DNA of 64,000 nucleotides from assembly GCF_009834535.1 (NCBI RefSeq), contig NC_045697.1, forward strand, positions 91,140,001 to 91,204,000. Direction: 5' to 3'. Positions within the stretch are counted from its first letter, which is position 1. The number at the start of each line of letters is the position of its first letter. Origin of the DNA: Camelus ferus. Lineage: Eukaryota. The notes beneath the pieces are model-generated. The model was not told the DNA's origin, did no database searches, and worked only from the letters and a program-made list of their open reading frames with translations. The translations under genes and the position numbers were made by a program. Positions 1-10,700 of the stretch are shown here, piece by piece.

Positions 1-765
1 CAGCTCACCATTCTCCCAGCCACTCAAACCTAAGCTAGGGGTCATCTGCAATTCATCTCTTTTTTTTTGCTCCTCAAATCCTACTCATCAGCAAGTTCTG
101 GTTGTCCTCCTTTAAAATACGTCCTAGAATCTGAACCCTTCTATCCATCCCAATAACCACCACCCTTGTTGGCCCAAAGGTTCGTCCTACTCTCTCTTTC
201 CTGAGCTACTCTAACAGTTTCCCAATTAGCCTCCCTGCTTTCACTCCTGCTTTCCTAAAATCCCAACTTAAAGTCATCTTTCAAAAACATAGATCAGATT
301 ATGTCTTTCTCTCTCCTGTTTAATCTTCACTGACATCTTCCTACTGCATTTAGAATAAATCCCAGTCCCATAGAAGGGCACACAATGCCTTGTGTGAGCT
401 GGAGCTTGTCCATTTCTCTAAACTCATTTTGTATCCCCTAAGTACTTTCCCATCTCACAGCCAACTTTGCACCTGCATTCTCTTTGCTGGCATCACCTCC
501 TTCCTTAGATATTTAACATTATCTCTTCAAAAACGTGCCAAATAATACACCTCCACATGCACCTCTCAAATACCCTACCACATCACCCTTTCAATTTTTT
601 ATGCAGCAATTATTCCAATCTATTATTACTTTATTAACAGGTTGGTTGTTCTTTTATGTCTTCCATTGGAGGGCTAGATCTCATCTGTCTAAATCCTCAG
701 AGCCTTGCACAGTGTCTGACAAATTAGGGTTCATTAAATATCTGATAAAGACATGCATGAAAGAA
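1..765 (+). mobile_element. L2 LINE 3' fragment (ancient)
   Basis: Pyrimidine-rich sequence matching the L2 3' pattern (ctcaaacctaagctaggggtcatc...atagatcagattatgtc...), ending in the L2 terminus gccttgcacagtgtctgacaaattagggttcattaaata. Boundaries approximate. Confidence 0.7.
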
Positions 766-2629
766 TGCATCACAATGACTTATTAAAGTATTATTGTGTT
801 CTTAAGCTTAGGTGCATATAGGGGACACATTTTGGAGTGTCTGCTCAGCTCATAATAACCCTCTTAACTGGGTCCCCCAATTCAGAGAAAATGGCCCCCA
901 GGACTATTGGTTGAACATGCCCTTATCTCCAGCCACAGTGAACTGGGTAGCTGACCCAGTCAGAGCCAGCCAAAATTGCAACACTTGCAATTTGGAATTG
1001 GGACTGAGAGTAATATGGTTGGACTGCACTGTGTATCCTCAGGAGACCTGAGCAGTCATGAGTTCTGCTCTGGGGATCAGAGAAGGCTGGTGAGCAGAGA
1101 AAGAGAGAGGAGACAGTAGATGTGCAAAGAGAAACTGTGACATGAGACACCAGGAGAGAGTCTGGATGACTTTCCAGGTCCTGATTCCAGTATCTTTTTG
1201 CTGCCCAGCTGAGCTCTGCCCTTGGGCTCAGGAAATATCAGCTGCCTGCCCTTCAACTGCTATCCCATGAGTGAAGCCAGTGTAGTGGGGATACCTCAGT
1301 CAACTTAACAGCTCGTGAAAACAAATTTGCCATTAACATGTTGGTTGTGCTTTAGCACATGCTGCTCTGTGCCATTTTCACCTCGTACGATGATAGATGA
1401 ATTGCTTTTCAGCTAGAAACTCTGTGTAAGTGAGAAGGTTTCTAGAGGAAGCAAATGGAGAAAAAGCAGTGAAAGCCCAACATCTCTGTGGCATCCCTCG
1501 TAAGGAGAGAGTCAGGCAACGTCTGAAAGACGGAGGTGTGAATGATGAGAAAGCAAGTGCTGAAGCAAACAACAGGGAGCTCTGTGGGCTCAGACACAAT
1601 GAGCAGGGCTGCTGGGGACTCGGGGACTTGTAGGATATAAAATCCCTGGTTCCAAGATATGAGTTCAGAAGCAGCAGAGTGAATCTCCTCAGGTGATGGA
1701 TCATGATGCTGAAATCAATCATCACAATGGAAGACAAAGTCAGCAAAAATGAAATATTCCCTTGGAACCAGGGGTTTAAAGTATAGTAGGTTTTTCCTCT
1801 GTTGATAGCAATCAATACCAACTCAGTTTAACAGCACACAAGGCCCTGTTAGCCCGACCTTATTACACCTGGTACTAATGATGGACTAAAGTCCAATGGT
1901 CATGGGTGGCAGTTTAAGATTCCTACAATCACAACCAATTCAGAAGCCCTCTATCAGCAAAGGAGTGGGGGAGAAATACGTTGGCATCTCAGCAATGCAA
2001 CCAGCTGTAAAGTATCTCTCGATGAGTTCACCTACGTGTGAACTTCAAAAGCCCAGCAGGAGCTATTTTTATTTGAAGATTATTAGGCATGAGCTGCACA
2101 GAGGAATTGCCTCTGAAAACAATGCCCCTAACTAGGTACTCCTGCAGTAAACCCCAGAGCACAGGGCTCTCCAGAGTAATTTTCATTCTTATGAGAGTCA
2201 ACTTCTTGGCTTGGAGTGCCGTTTCCTCTACTGGTGTGTATATGGACAGGATGGGGAAGAAAGTGAACTCCAGGGACATGTGAGAGTTGAACGTCGGTTA
2301 CCTTTGTACAGATCAACAGACCATCTGTTACTTCCACTACTAACACTTTTTAAACCTGAGGTGAGACTAACAGACACAGTTCACATCTGCTTAAAAGACA
2401 TATGTAAAAAATCCCGGGACTCTTTGACCCAGGGAAAGCACTGCATCTGTGATTGCATTCTGGCCCTGCTGGACAGCCACAAGACTTGGCTGGAGGAAGT
2501 CTCTTTCCCAAGAGAGAGAGGTTATAAGACCTGGAGCAGTGTTTCCCAAACTGAGCTCAACAGGGTGTTAGTATGGGTGAGGAGACAAAAGGATTACATG
2601 GGCAATGTTTGTGAGATACTGAATTAAAC

Positions 2630-4445
2630 AAGTTAAATTAAGATTTAGAATGTATGCATATAACATTCACGCATAACAAAAAATATAAATAAAACATATA
2701 TAGGTATAAAGAGCAATACAAACCCATCCTAATAAATACAACATTACAATCCCATCAATCCAGCTGGGTACCCCTTTTCTGACTGTTCTCCTCTCTCCCC
2801 AGGGAACCAGTTTTCTGAATTTTGTGTTTGAGTTTTGCTTTTCATAATGGTTCAATTATATGTGTATATATCCTTAAATAATATATTTTAAATTTTTATA
2901 TGGTTTTGAATTATCTTTATATCAATAACATGCTGTAGATATTCTTCTGAGATTTGCTCTTCATTCAACTCTGTGTTCCTGGTCTTTATATGCATTGGTA
3001 TGTACAATGTAGTCCATTTTCATTGTTATTATTCATTCCATGGATATATCACAATTTATTTACCATTTTTTTGTATTTTAAATTATTTATTTAGGATTAA
3101 TTTCTAAAAATGAAATTTAGAAGTCAAAGGGGAATGTATGTTTTTTCCTATTACTCTTTTTTCCATTTTTATTATGTAGAATTATTACAGTTCAACTGCA
3201 CATACACATTATATTGCATGTAAATACATATGAACAGTATTCTGCACATTTTTCAGTTTTCATATATGTACTAATTATTGTCTCTAAGAACGGATTAGAG
3301 CTTTAGCTTTTTAAACTTACATAGTTATCAAAGGAATAAAGCCAACTACAAAATAAGAGACAACAGAATGCGGTAATCCAATCATAAAGGATAGTCAAAT
3401 GTGCTTACACATTCAAGAAATCAAAATAATAATTAGTTCATTTGTGTCATTATTATTGTTATTATTTTTTAGATTCTTCATGTAAATGATGTCATATGGC
3501 TTTTTTCTTTCTCTTTCTGGCCCACTTCACTTTGAATGACAGTCTTCAGTTCCATCCATNNNNNNNNNNNNNNNNNNNNNNNNNNNNNNNNNNNNNNNNN
3601 NNNNNNNNNNNNNNNNNNNNNNNNNNNNNNNNNNNNNNNNNNNNNNNNNNNNNNNNNNNNNNNNNNNNNNNNNNNNNNNNNNNNNNNNNNNNTTTTATGG
3701 ATAGCATGTTGCTTAACAGTGTTTTGCTATTACAAAGAGTGGAATTATGAACTTTCTTGTACATGTTTCCTGGGGCACATGTGCAAGAATGTCTCTAGAG
3801 TACATACCTAAGAGTAGAATTACTGGTTGTGAGGGTTGGCACATCTTCGACTTTGTAGGATAAACCAAGTTTCCTTCCAAAGTGATGGTTGCAATTTTTA
3901 TTCACTCCAACAGGCTTTAAGAGTTTGTTGTTCTGTATCCTCATCAACATATTGTCATGTCAGACAAACTTTTTAGCCTGTCTCATTGTGATTATGGTTC
4001 TCATTTCTCTTATTATTTGTGAAATCAGTCATCTTTTCATATATCTTATTGATCATTTGAGTTTCGTCTTTTGTAAATGCTGTCCAGGTTCTTGCCCAGT
4101 TTCTGATTATGTTATTTGTCTTTTTCCTTATTGATTTGTGGGAGTAAGAGTTCTATTTGCATTCTTCATTGGAATTCTTAAGTTATGTGTTTGTAAACTT
4201 CTTCTCCCAAATTATGATTTGAGTTTTCTCTTTCTTAGTGGTGTCCTTTCATGAAGAAAAGTTTTACATTTTAATATAGGTGGATTTATCAATCTTCTGT
4301 TATAGTTGTGCTTTTGGGGTCTGATTTAATATTTCTATACCCAGAGGTTATAAAGATGTTGTCCTGGATATTCTAAAATTTTGCTTTTCACATTTAAATC
4401 TCTAATCTCTGGTTTTTGTTTTTGGTTTCTTTTTTTTCCTGAATA
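2630..4445 (-). mobile_element. Composite of L1 3' fragments (older L1M-type pieces plus a younger L1 piece at about 3430-3692)
   Basis: agttcatttgtgtc...agattcttcatgtaaatgatgtcatatgg matches the L1 3' regions at 16.8 kb and 36.3 kb. 3693-4440 has L1M 3'UTR motifs (tacatacctaagagtagaattactgg). N gap at 3560-3692. Confidence 0.7.
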
Positions 4446-4859
4446 GATTTCTTTGCCTCAGGACTTCTCTCAGTTGTTAATATGCATTATGGGCTTCCCT
4501 GAAGGGAGGCAGTATGCAGCATTTCCCTGTTGTAATCTGGCCTTGGATTTCTTTTTCAGAAGGATCTCCACTGATGCCTTGAAACATACTTTAAGAACCA
4601 CTGCTCTGTAGAGTAGAAAAAAAAATGAAGCCCACTTTCTACCTACATTCTTGACCAATTCTGGGACCCTGGATCGATGGCTGGGTCACTTTGTGATTTG
4701 TTTTTCATATTTTGAAAATAAAGACCTTATTACCTCAGCTAAAATATAAGAGACAATAAACGAATTCATAGGTATCAAGAACACTAGCTAGGGTGAAAAT
4801 ATTAATGTTAAAAAGGATAAAAATCATTACTGTCTGACTATACTCCGTCCCTCTCTTCA

Positions 4860-5170
4860 TCCCATGCCTCTCAGTGGGGACAGGAGTGTGGTATGAAAGA
4901 TTCCGCCTGCTGGATTCTCCTCTGAGCTTTGCTGTGGTGAATCTGGGGGATGGCTGTGTGGTGGGAAGACAAGAAAGCTAAAGTGATGAGTGTGATGAAG
5001 ATACTGAGGAGAAGGGGTTAGAGATGAGACAGACACAGACAAGTCTTGATTCTTGGCTGTTGGAGAGATGTCAGGGGCAGAGTTGAGAGTGAGGAGTTTA
5101 AAAAGCAAGAGGCTCAAAAATAACCATAGAGTATGAGAGAATTTGAAAGGCATGATGTGGGGACCTACAA
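4860..5170 (-). mobile_element. L2 fragment
   Basis: Purine-rich reverse-strand L2 pattern (gtgatgaagatactgaggagaagggg...gagagtgaggagtttaaaaagc). Confidence 0.5.
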
Positions 5171-5349
5171 AACAGTGCTGTGAGTAGTAAATTAGATCTC
5201 TTTTAATGCCCGTGAAGAGATACAAGTATATATCAGAGTAACGTAACTTGCAGTTGTTGAATTTCTTTTTGTTTCTTTCACTGCAATGCCACAGTATGGC
5301 TGACTAATTGGGCGTCCCAGATAGATATATATATATATATATATATTCG

Positions 5350-5520
5350 TTTTTTACTCATGTGACTTCATTTGATCATAACAATAATCCAGTGAGATAG
5401 GTAGGAAAAACATTATTTATCTCCATTTAATCTCTGAGAATACTGACTCGGAGACATGAAGTAACTCTCTAAGGATACAGCTGGAGAGTGATTAGACAGG
5501 ATTCAAATCCAGGACTGAAA
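5350..5520 (-). mobile_element. MIR SINE
   Basis: Reverse MIR core: ttcatttgatcataacaataatccagtgagatagg...tgactcggagacatgaagtaactctctaagg...ggattcaaatccagg. Confidence 0.6.
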
Positions 5521-8070
5521 AATGTAGCATCTCTGTCTTCTTACCATCCTATGTGCATGTAGGGAAGATTAACATACGTATGCTCTTTGAAAAACTAATT
5601 TGTGCAAATGTTAACCACCTCCAAATAAAAATGGTTATTTTCTATTACTGGGTTTTGTGATCATAAGTTCTTAAGAAATGCTACTCAGAGGTTACTGGCA
5701 AGTACTGATATCTTATGTAATTTTGTGAGATAATTTTGTTTAACTCAGTGTTTCTCAAGTTTAACTCACACAAAGACGACTTTACTTTTTAAATAAGGGG
5801 ATCTTTCTGTCAGTAACAGGAGTACTGTATCCATAAATTCATAATGATGTAGTTCAAATTTTTCTCTATATGCCTGAGAAAATAATGGCAGAACAGCAGT
5901 GGAAGAGGTAGCTTCAAATTTGTGTTCAACAAGATTAAAAAGTTAACCATCTCTAGGGAAATAAGCCCCCTAACAATTCAATGAAGTAGGACCAGCGTCC
6001 TCATTTGCTGAGGAATGTATTTAACACCATGGTTGAGTGGATCTCACTTTTCCATTTCACAAAATCCATATGTGCACTAATGTATACTCTCAGGTGGCTT
6101 AAAAGGGGCCATCTTAAAACTGGAAATGAATATAACTATTTCTTGACATTACAAGGGTGATAGTCAAAATATTTCAGGTGTGGGAAATATTTCAAGAAAT
6201 TACTGTTTTATTAACAAAGTCTCTCCAACTACTACTCCTAGCAATTAATTTTCACTGGTTTCAGCTGAAGTTAATAGCATCCCCATTTTTTCCACTACTG
6301 AGTTTTTTCCCTCAGTAATGCACTGGGAGTCCATTTCCTATAGTAGCCCCATCTTGGCTGCAGTGTGCAGTCATTCTGTGCATCATTTCCTCTGATGAAT
6401 GGAGTAAACCTGTGAGCATGTGCCCCACTACAAAATCTGTAAAGTCAGATCTGGGGCCCCAATATGATAGCAACAAACGTGATCAACAGTTTGTTTTAAT
6501 GAGGCCATGGGTATTCAATAAATTATTGATTTTTCTCAGCATCTTACTAAAATGCTTTGGAATGTGAAAAAAAAATCCTCTACTCATATAAAGCAGTATT
6601 GATTAAGTATGAATTCATACATCGGGATTCTGGATGCTTTGTTATCTCAGGGCCAGTGTATAATACCTGATTAATATTGATTGCACTGTGGTCATCAGTG
6701 AATTCTCAAGGCATCATTTTTAGTCAAGGAAGAATGAATTGTTTAGTGTGACCCTGAAATCACTTTGTAGCAGATCCAGAGAAAGTCAAGTTGTTGATGA
6801 CTCAAGCCAAGTGGCCATGGATTTAATTTGCTGAACTGGATTTAATTTGTTCCAATGATTTCAATGTTACAGTTATGCTTAGGAGATGTTCTCTGTTGAT
6901 ATTCTTTTACTCCATTTTTCATGCAAATTTTTCCCTGCTCAGTATGTTCCTTCTCTTATTTTCTACATGGCAAACTTCTACTCATCCTTCAGAACCCTAT
7001 TCAGAAGTCATCTCTGGGACCCTGTTCGTGATTCCCTTGGGAAGATTTTGCTCTCCTGGGCCCTCTCATCACCCTTTGTTGTACACAAGTCTTCAATACA
7101 GAGGGATAAATGTTAGTAATGATGTTTTATCTCTGCTCCCTACTAAACCATGAGCTTCTTTTGGGCAGGGCTGTATATTGTCTCTTACGATTTGTTTGCC
7201 TCAGATAATCCTCAGTATCCAAGAAGAAGGTTCATAGCTGGCAATGTGTAAATACTTCCTGCTGTTACACATTGGGTAGGTGTCTTTTTACAATATCAGA
7301 ATCTGGAACTTCTGGTCCCACAGGATTTAAATGGGCTTTATATTGCCTTGGAGTTTCAGAGTCACAGGTATTGCTGAACCAGGTATCTTTATTTCTCCCA
7401 CCACCACCACTACTTAAGGATTGCTTGCATGGGTTACATTGTGCTAAACACTTTAAAAACAAAATCTCATTAATTTCCCACTGTGGAGCAAGGTTATTGT
7501 TATGTTCTCCATTTTGGAGATAAAGTGAGGCTTAATACTTTTCCTAAGGTCATATCACTAGTAAATGGTGAATCAGGGAATCAAATCAAGGTCTCTCAAT
7601 TCAAAGCCCATGTGTGTAGTGTGACTGGAGACATTCTGGTAAAGACACAGCCAAATCAAGAACCCAAAATTCCACCCTTAAAGATTAAGTTTTTTGAGTC
7701 TTTTAGGCTTTACAGGGGCAGTGGGAGTAAGAGGATGAAAAATACCCAAACAGAGTGTCCTAATATACTGGAAATAGTTGGTGAACTGTAATGTTTTAAG
7801 TTCTTGCCAACTAATTTCTCAACATAGATCAGTTGACAATTAGAAAAAACATTTTCCCTTTAGCAGTAGTTTACACGGGAAAGAACACAGAGAAGGAAGG
7901 CAGTGAGGGGCTAGAGAAGAAGAGAGTGACTGAAAGGAGAGTAGAAGGTGCTAAAGACTAAAGGTGGGGGGTCCTTTTGGTTTTTATAAAGAATTTGACT
8001 GCCACTGAGGTAATGGTGTCACTTCAAGTAGATCAAAATGAAGGGGAAATGCAACATCCATCTAGAGCAC

Positions 8071-8550
8071 TGTATTAGTTTCCTGTTGCTGCTCTAATAA
8101 TTTGTGATAATTTGCCTCAAACTTAGTGGTTTAAAACAACAAACATTTATCCTCTTATGCTTCTGGAGATCCAAAGTCTGAAAGAGTCTCATGGGGCTAA
8201 ATTCAAGGTGTCCGCAGAATTGAATTCCTTCTGGAGGCTCCAGAACCCATTTCCTTGCCTTTTCCATATTTTAGAGGCCACCTGGTGTTCCTTAGCTTGT
8301 GGTCTCTTCCTCTATCCGCAAAGCCAGCAGCGTAAGTTCTAATCTCTCTGACTGACTCTGGCCCTCACGCTCCTGCTCCCTCTTTCACTTATAAGAACCT
8401 TTGTGATTACATTGGGCCACCTGGATAATACAGGATTATCTCCCCATCTCAAAATCTGTACCTTAGTCACATCTGCAAAGCCTCTTTTGCATGTAAGATT
8501 CCATATTTACAGGGTCTGTGGATTAGGAATTAGACATCTTTGGGGTATAA
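8071..8550 (-). mobile_element. MaLR solo LTR (MLT1C/D-like)
   Basis: Starts tgtattagtttcctgttgctgct and contains ttctggaggctccag, cttataagaacctttgtgattacattgggcc and ggattaggaattagacatctttgggg, which are typical MLT1 reverse-strand motifs. Confidence 0.75.
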
Positions 8551-9699
8551 GTGTGTTAGAGTGGAAATTAGAGGGGACTGAGTTCCAATCTTGGTGTGGC
8601 CACTGAGGAGTTACGTGTCTTGGGGCAAATCTCAGCTTCTCTGGGCCATTGCTTCCCAGGTGCCTTTACCTAAACGCTGGGAGGCATGGCTCTGGCTAAT
8701 TAAAAGCCAGACCTGTTTTACACACCTGCAAATGATACCGTAGCATTTATTGAAGGCCACTTTTGAGCATGTCATTAGTCCTTCTAATGGAGTTTCTGCA
8801 GGTTCTCAGCTGATTTCTGCTTACCATCCTACATTTACTTACACCTTGCCTGCAGAGCATGTAAGTTTTCAATTTCTCGTTTTAAATAGGGAGTTCCAGT
8901 TCTGTAGCGTGGCCGATGCATTAAATATCCACAGCCAAATTGCTTAATGCCAAGGTTTTTTACCCCCTTCAAATTAAAGCTTTTAAAACACCCAGACTTC
9001 ATGCTGGCTGAATGACACACACACACTTTCTGCCGGCTCTCGGGGGCAGGTGATACTGGTTTCTGTCAAGTTCTAAATCTGGATGCTTTTTTATAGTGGA
9101 ACAACTAAAAGGAATTGCTTCCTTAGGATATATAACTACTACTTATTATAGACTGATCCATTTTGCAGCAGGGAGGTGGCAGGCAGGGGGCTGGAGGAAG
9201 AACAAGAACCAATCTGAGACCTGAGAGAAAGTAACCTTCTAATTGCCTTTTCCATGACAGCATCATAAGCTTCTTTATGGCAGCTTTATTTCACAGTGAC
9301 CTGTCACACTGCTCTAATTTTTCTGGTGTCACTCATGCGGGTTTAAAAAATGATTGGTTTTACGGCTTTTATTTGGGAATTTGTCAAGGTTTCACATTTG
9401 TGGAAGCCTTGAAGCAGTGGCCTAATAGTCCATAATTTGGTGTTTAAAGGGATCTTGGTGGTTAACCTTCTTGGGCCCACAGGTGCCTATAGTGATCACA
9501 TCCTTATGCCTAGCGGGGAAATCTCCATAATTTCTTTTATGCTACAGTAAACCTTTGCTGTCAGAAAACTCCATTCCAGGTTCCAGAGGACTCCTGGCAT
9601 CCTGAGATGGGAGAAAACCCTTTCAAGCTTCATGATCAGGTTGATATTTAAACCTAATTCCCATGAAATGTACTTCAGGTGTTAGTAAACCCAGACTCG

Positions 9700-10700
9700 G
9701 GTCAGCGTATTTTGGCCATCCAGATTTACGCACTCTTTTTTATGACTCACAGTCTGGAAATGAAAAGCACTGGACTCTTAGCCGCCCCCCACCCCTTATC
9801 CCTCTTCTCTCCCTCCCCCCACCTCCTCCCCTCCCTCTCTTTCCCTCTCTCTCTTTCTCCCTCCTTAGGATCTCAAAACCCCTAACAGATGTTTTTAAAA
9901 GCCTCACTTTTGAGGACTGTTTTGGCCTCCTGCCACTGTGTGTACTTTTAGGTTTAATGAAAATTGGTGCCTCCCAAGCTCTCCTCCTGAGGGGGAAAGC
10001 AGCGAGTCTCTAGTGAACTTGCTCGTTCTTGCTCAGAAAGAACAAACTGAGCTGGTGAGGTCGTGTGTAAACATGCATACACACACACACCTGCCTGGTC
10101 CCTGGCTCCTTTTTCTTGCGTCTGCCTGGGTGCCACAGTTTGGTGCAGCCCTGCTGGTGTTGATCCCAGTTGGCGTTTGTCCCCCTCCCGTGCGCCTCAG
10201 CATAGCCGGTGCTCATTTGAGCAGCAGGCGATTTTTCTGAAGTGACCTCCGTGGGGCGGGAGATTTATGGTGGCGTGAGCTTTCATTATGTGTCGAGGCT
10301 GCCTCGTGAGCTCACTGCNNNNNNNNNNNNNNNNNNNNNNNNNNNNNNNNNNNNNNNNNNNNNNNNNNNNNNNNNNNNNNNNNNNNNNNNNNNNNNNNNN
10401 NNNNNNNNNNNNNNNNNNNNNNNNNNNNNNNNNNNNNNNNNNNNNNNNNNNNNNNNNNNNNNNNNNNNNNNNNNNNNNNNNNNNNNNNNNNNNNNNNNNN
10501 NNNNNTATTTACTCGTGGAAAAAAAAAATCTCANNNNNNNNNNNNNNNNNNNNNNNNNNNNNNNNNNNNNNNNNNNNNNNNNNNNNNNNNNNNNNNNNNN
10601 NNNNNNNNNNNNNNNNNNNNNNNNNNNNNNNNNNNNNNNNNNNNNNNNNNNNNNNNNNNNNNNNNNNNNNNNNGTAGTTCTGAGTATAAGGAAACTTGAT
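9700..10700 (+). promoter_or_regulatory. Probable CpG-rich promoter / first-exon region of an unidentified host gene (partly hidden in N gaps)
   Basis: CpG density rises sharply at 10130-10318. GC box GGGGCGGG at 10253-10260, AP-1 site TGACTCA at 9743-9749, CT-rich tract at 9800-9870. N runs at 10319-10505 and 10534-10673. Strand is inferred only from the downstream exon. Confidence 0.5.

Noticed and set aside
1413-1425. 13-nt microexon (ttttcag|CTAGAAACTCTGT|gtaagt)
   Set aside because: Short pyrimidine tract, not frame-preserving, and upstream of the inferred promoter.
1638-1780. Non-autonomous piggyBac MITE
   Set aside because: The arms begin CCC/GGG but are not flanked by TTAA on both sides and do not resemble the CACGTTGATCGCC TIR.
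6818-6849. Short tandem duplications (tggatttaatttg twice; also 26039-26064, 37860-37890, 38120-38160, 59375-59402)
   Set aside because: Ordinary slippage products with no further structure.
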